Of a stretch of 64,000 nt of DNA, positions 62,901 to 64,000 are shown piece after piece. The stretch is taken from IMG/VR virus record IMGVR_UViG_3300030060_002428. One strand, given 5' to 3'. The stretch comes from an uncultured virus (IMG/VR IMGVR_UViG_3300030060_002428). Its lineage: Duplodnaviria > Heunggongvirae > Uroviricota > Caudoviricetes > Crassvirales. Positions within the stretch are counted from its first letter, which is position 1. Every line of letters starts with the position of its first letter. The notes below the pieces were generated by a model. That model was given only the letters and a program-made list of their open reading frames with translations, did not search any database and was not told the DNA's origin. Position numbers and translations under genes: made by a program.

Positions 62901-64000
62901 CGCAATCCTTTAGAGTTCATTATAGTAACGTTAGACGTATCTAGCTCTGCTTGATTTTGTAAATCCTGTACACCCTTTCTTGCTCCCTTAGTAGCACTTC
63001 GTGTATTAATAACATGCACTTTGCCGCCTTCCATTGCGTTGTGCATTTTTCGTAGCTCTGGAAACTCGTTTGCTATTTCGTTTGTAACAATTGTGTATGA
63101 ATTTTTATCCATAGACAATGTCATCGTACCATTTCTAAGTGTAAGCTCTTCGTGGTAAGGCTTAATAGGATAGATAGACACAGGGTTGCCATTATCATCT
63201 ACCCATCCCAGCCCAGCTTTATCATTTGCATAAGCTTGGTTGTCTCTTTCGCCCCATTGCCCCATTCCCTGCATTATACCACGGTACATTTCTGTGCTAA
63301 TAAAAGACTGCGCATCAGTTTTATTAACACTTCTATACTTATCAGCTATATCATTAGCTACTTCTACGCTGTTACCTGCTGCAATTAAATTGTCTTGAAT
63401 TCTATCAGCAACTTCAGCAGCTCTCGTTGGATCTACAAAGTCAAAGTCTGCTACTGTAACTGTGTTGTAATGAGACATCATACCATATGTAGGATCGCCT
63501 TTAGCTTCTCCTGCAATTAGTAATTTTTGCCCTGGCGTTGTAACTAGCGCCATACGTTTATAGAAGTCTGCAGTATTTTTTGTAAATCCAAACCCGCCTC
63601 TTAACAATTTAGCTGCTTCTATACGCCCAACAAAGTCATTAAAGACAAAGCTTTTTACAAAGTCTTTTCTAGTAGACATGTCAGTATGCACCTCTTCTTT
63701 TAATGTAATGTCAAACTTTTCTATCTGCGCAGTAACATCGTCTTCGTATTTGTTAAGTTTATCTTTAACTTGCTCTACAAGACTATTAAGCCTAGCTTCA
63801 AAATGTTGACCTTCAGGGCTGATTCTATATCTTTCATTGCCTGATACATAATTTTCTACTTGACTTGCAAGAGTTTTAAGACCTTCTATACTGGTAGGAC
63901 TTCCGGGCATATACTCTTCTTGCAAGTTTAAGCCTTCTATCTGAGCCATTGTAAAGGCTCCGCCGTCTCTTGCAGTAGGGTTAGATCCTTTTTTGTAATG
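59942..64000 (-). CDS. Virion RNA polymerase (crAss/phi14:2-type, two-barrel), C-terminal part; runs off the right edge
   Basis: Catalytic GYRVPNQG...QMGSDFDIDKMY; TDAQSF. The frame stays open from 63949 to 64000 (HYKKGSNPTARDGGAFT-M). Confidence 0.9.
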   Translation of the reverse strand, partial: HYKKGSNPTARDGGAFTMAQIEGLNLQEEYMPGSPTSIEGLKTLASQVENYVSGNERYRISPEGQHFEARLNSLVEQVKDKLNKYEDDVTAQIEKFDITLKEEVHTDMSTRKDFVKSFVFNDFVGRIEAAKLLRGGFGFTKNTADFYKRMALVTTPGQKLLIAGEAKGDPTYGMMSHYNTVTVADFDFVDPTRAAEVADRIQDNLIAAGNSVEVANDIADKYRSVNKTDAQSFISTEMYRGIMQGMGQWGERDNQAYANDKAGLGWVDDNGNPVSIYPIKPYHEELTLRNGTMTLSMDKNSYTIVTNEIANEFPELRKMHNAMEGGKVHVINTRSATKGARKGVQDLQNQAELDTSNVTIMNSKGLRLPQIITKKKAEKILMSRQIRKNIIANIVADANYNVDGQTMKGAEVFARFQDIVSENILEDTNNFNKSMGITRLQKAERDTQEYADAKLDHLKKVRDRLAQQVKDRELPANYLKGLDIVPNGRYDWRFRVPLSFPNYQAKFEQILLSTVKQDIFNQMIKGKELVQIAEAGGHGVDGELRMYDGTNRAEVRIKASTLGLPPGTNIADVDPKVLEVIGYRVPNQGKNSSLPIKVVGFLPESHEKAIMVPGGVTVQMGSDFDIDKMYIIQPETEVVDGKMQRIGVDFAKNPSKMNRQERDTALYSLMDSIITSPTHLREVLNPLDDPKLYELGANLRRVGTIEDRNHPLVELTQEERNKSGQRLTGLWANFLSGHNVLSNNPLQSKIALNLNGESLNMLGMIQAVDGTYVDQNISLYLSAAVDAAKKPVQVDINDNLYTVPVAGFMLSVGVPVQDVVHFLSQPIIQEVIEESKVKGYGLNRMSKAINTVANKYKGVVPELISPMSSAKLEASAVGTAMAVEEYNIPAEQLAYLGNFKQFFEVGRQLQTLNQLITPDTLENVNEMSAIAAHLEREDAFFRDPESSLIKGGTEFVSSALENVVGIRAVYPISIAYRGILQTALNTAETAGLINNRPAFFTFKQILKQDLNIDTLTPAQHKFIDKALFLKMMADRNSPLAPLMSEQAARAMYTGPNNIAARLTTLKEKYPGLSRNSFVESLQEDPANNDLNAKVFKVKFDNSTDLTAHDKNRLSNDLLLLLTRPEDYANDRDNAQEAAEIKQLGKMIVANQLLTNGFAPGPGAYIDLIPVEAFTTNILSDSPIALTPVEFFANNAETTLLNETFQDFVQEFVRSFGTAKPGGRNILPVVRYKGMPGTKTPGIPNSVPMSKKTAVHTKNKGFAAYFVTYHPTEGPIMYVRESANPFVGNYKRLQPLGVPNKMHEILSSKDSMDSIIPSEGTTDLPGANYVSEPTAKDIIMPESVEQPLKLCKA

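Noticed and set aside
1..64000. Stop-codon reassignment (TAG or TGA), seen in some crAss-like phages
   Set aside because: Large genes are intact under code 11, and TAG/TGA end genes at sensible places (e.g. 24804, 31777, 44360, 55468, 51426).

Overview
The window is part of a Crassvirales-like (crAss-like) lytic phage, most likely infecting a marine or aquatic Flavobacteria/Bacteroidota host. Support: Bacteroidota TTTG-N19-21-TAnnTTTG promoters, no obvious Shine-Dalgarno sites, Q-rule signal peptides, a T9SS sorting domain, and crAss-type terminase, portal, major capsid protein and virion RNA polymerase. There are three blocks. (1) A minus-strand late/structural operon from about 34.7 kb leftwards to 1: GroES, HU, TerS/TerL, portal, cargo, scaffold, capsid, ring/auxiliary proteins, fibres, lysis genes. 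(2) A plus-strand early/replication block at about 34.9-55.5 kb: PolA, SF2 helicase, DnaB, spore photoproduct lyase, Sak4-like ATPase, SSB, primase, nuclease, rIIA/rIIB, 5'-3' exonuclease, UDG, Nmad1. (3) Minus-strand giant virion-cargo genes from 55.5 kb to the edge, including a truncated DFDID-type virion RNAP. The most unusual items are: a late-operon cassette of Sec-exported proteins (a T9SS type-A cargo with Cys-rich repeats, a redox-dead thioredoxin fold and an outer-membrane beta-barrel); a virion protein carrying the same Cys repeats plus SprB-like and CBM5/12-like modules; a highly structured ~270-nt putative ncRNA with its own promoter at 34.27-34.54 kb; a stand-alone peptide resembling the C-terminal redox tail of ribonucleotide reductase; and a phage spore photoproduct lyase. 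All family calls come from motif recognition by eye; no searches were run.
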